DNA of 64,000 nt, from NCBI GenBank assembly GCA_016929235.1, contig JAFGJD010000005.1:27810-91809 (forward strand), read 5' to 3'. The translations under genes were made by a program, and so were the position numbers. Positions 62,608 to 64,000 of this stretch are shown piece after piece. Each line of letters starts with the position of its first letter. Within the stretch, counting starts at the first letter, position 1. This DNA comes from Candidatus Babeliales bacterium. Lineage in GTDB: Bacteria; Babelota; Babeliae; Babelales; JABCYS01. The notes beneath the pieces are model-generated. The model did no database searches, was not told the DNA's origin, and saw only the letters and a program-made list of their open reading frames with translations.

Positions 62608-64000
62608 TTACTCATTTATTTCAGCATCGATTGGTCCTTGGTCGGAGTGTTGATGCTGTGCTGATCCGTTTGCTTGTTGGGCGTCAGGACCAGGTTGTTG
62701 AGCTTGTGCTTCTTGCTGTTGTTTGTAGAGTTGTTCAGCAATCTTTTGTGAAGACTTTAACAGTACTTCCGTTGCCTTTTCCAGCTCATCCTTGTTGTCG
62801 GCGTGGTCTTTCAATGCAGCCTTTGCAGTTTCAACTGCAGCTTCAACATCTTTAATATCGCCTTCAGCAAGTTTCTCTTTATTTTCACGAAGTGTCTTTT
62901 CGACATTCACGATTGTGCTGTCAAGCTGATTACGCTTTTCAACAGTTTCACGTGCCTTACGATCTACTTCTTCGTTCGCCTTGGCGTCTTGGACCATCTT
63001 TTCGATTTCTTCCTTAGATAATCCACTATTGCTGGTAATGGTAATGCGTTGTTCTTTGCCCGTACCCTTGTCTTTTGCAGATACGTGTACGATACCATTA
63101 GCATCAATATCAAATGTTACTTCGATTTGTGGAACACCACGCGGAGCGTTTGGAATACCATCCAGACGGAACTGTCCAAGCATCTTATTGTCACGTGCAA
63201 ATTCACGTTCCCCTTGCACCACACGGATATCAACAGCAGTTTGATTATCTTCTGCAGTTGAGAACACTTGTGATTTCTTTGTTGGAATCGTGGTATTACG
63301 TTCAATTAACTTAGTTGCTATACCGCCAAGGGTTTCAATGCCCAATGATAATGGTGTAACATCAAGCAAGAGAACATCTTTAACATCACCAGCCAAAACA
63401 CCACCCTGGATGCCTGCTCCAAGAGAAACTACTTCATCAGGATTTACTGACTTGTTACATTCTTTACCGAAGTATGACTTTACCAACTCTTGTACTTTTG
63501 GCATACGAGTTGAACCACCAACCAAAATGACTTCGTTGATCTGATCTCGCGATAGACCAGCATCCTTCATCGCCTTTTTGCATGGTTCAAGCAAACGATC
63601 AAAAATATCTGAACACAATGACTCAAGCTTTGCGCGTGAGATTTTTACGTTCAAGTGCTTTGGTCCGGTTGCATCAGCGGTAATGTATGGAAGATTAATT
63701 TCAGTTTCATGCAATGTTGAAAGTTCAATCTTTGCTTTTTCAGCAGCTTCCCTTAACCGTTGCAATGCCATCTTATCGTTCTTAAGATCAAACCCTTGTT
63801 CCTTCTTGAATTCTTCAACAAGGTATGCAATCAAGCGTTGATCAACGTCGTCACCACCAAGGTGGGTATCACCGTTGGTAGATTTTACTTCAATAACACC
63901 ATCACTGATTTCAAGAATAGAGATATCAAACGTACCACCACCAAAGTCAAAGACAGCAATAGTCGCGTCTTTCTTTTTATCCATGCCGTATGCAAGGGCT
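62608..64000 (-). CDS. dnaK: chaperone DnaK (Hsp70), 5'-truncated by the window edge
   Basis: [30 protein letters not shown], substrate-binding and lid domains. The frame stays open to nt 64000, so the N-terminal ~185 aa lie outside the window. Confidence 0.95.
   Translation of the reverse strand, partial: ALAYGMDKKKDATIAVFDFGGGTFDISILEISDGVIEVKSTNGDTHLGGDDVDQRLIAYLVEEFKKEQGFDLKNDKMALQRLREAAEKAKIELSTLHETEINLPYITADATGPKHLNVKISRAKLESLCSDIFDRLLEPCKKAMKDAGLSRDQINEVILVGGSTRMPKVQELVKSYFGKECNKSVNPDEVVSLGAGIQGGVLAGDVKDVLLLDVTPLSLGIETLGGIATKLIERNTTIPTKKSQVFSTAEDNQTAVDIRVVQGEREFARDNKMLGQFRLDGIPNAPRGVPQIEVTFDIDANGIVHVSAKDKGTGKEQRITITSNSGLSKEEIEKMVQDAKANEEVDRKARETVEKRNQLDSTIVNVEKTLRENKEKLAEGDIKDVEAAVETAKAALKDHADNKDELEKATEVLLKSSQKIAEQLYKQQQEAQAQQPGPDAQQANGSAQHQHSDQGPIDAEINE

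Overview
This is a gene-dense chromosomal window from a diderm (Gram-negative-type) bacterium. I call about 60 protein genes and three tRNAs: Leu-TAG, Lys-CTT and Gln-TTG. I saw no rRNA, CRISPR array, transposase or prophage. About two thirds of the genes are recognisable housekeeping genes: mrdA/PBP2, xerC/D-like, nth-like, thrS, PIN-PhoH, the rpmH-rnpA-yidD operon, trxB, tig, frr, tsf, argS, mnmA, a pgsA-family gene, ssb, grpE, lepA, gyrA, rpmF, gltX, acpP, uppP, ftsK, murF, rsmH, spoVG, an ITPase, maf, htpX, a hspR-like gene, ychF and a partial dnaK. Between them lie many lineage-specific genes for signal-peptide, transmembrane and coiled-coil proteins that I cannot assign to a family. The most interesting candidates are listed below.

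1. A two-gene operon encodes an orphan envelope protein and a membrane AAA+ ATPase. The ATPase's coiled-coil/TM/AAA architecture and juxtamembrane linker resemble eukaryotic mitochondrial ATAD3 (11621-14590).
2. A LonA protease has its N-terminal substrate-recognition domain replaced by a signal peptide plus ankyrin repeats. It is coupled to a small ANK/TM protein (34536-37277).
3. Five tandem genes encode single-pass membrane proteins with ATGA start/stop overlaps. One carries a Gln/Trp-rich tail (1-2737).
4. Two tandem paralogous outer-membrane proteins carry acidic Cys clusters and share 5' leader elements (45023-48960).
5. A membrane-anchored regulator has a sigma54-activator-like domain that lacks all ATPase and GAFTGA motifs (5921-8689).
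6. A FabD homologue lacks the catalytic Ser and Arg and sits next to acpP (43715-44911).
7. A 63-aa protein is made almost entirely of ten KRKTx repeats (9547-9738).

The mix of ankyrin repeats, eukaryote-type proteins and many orphan secreted proteins suggests a host-associated or intracellular lifestyle, for example a Dependentiae- or Chlamydiae-like lineage. That is inference only. All family calls come from motifs I recognised by eye, and no database search was run.
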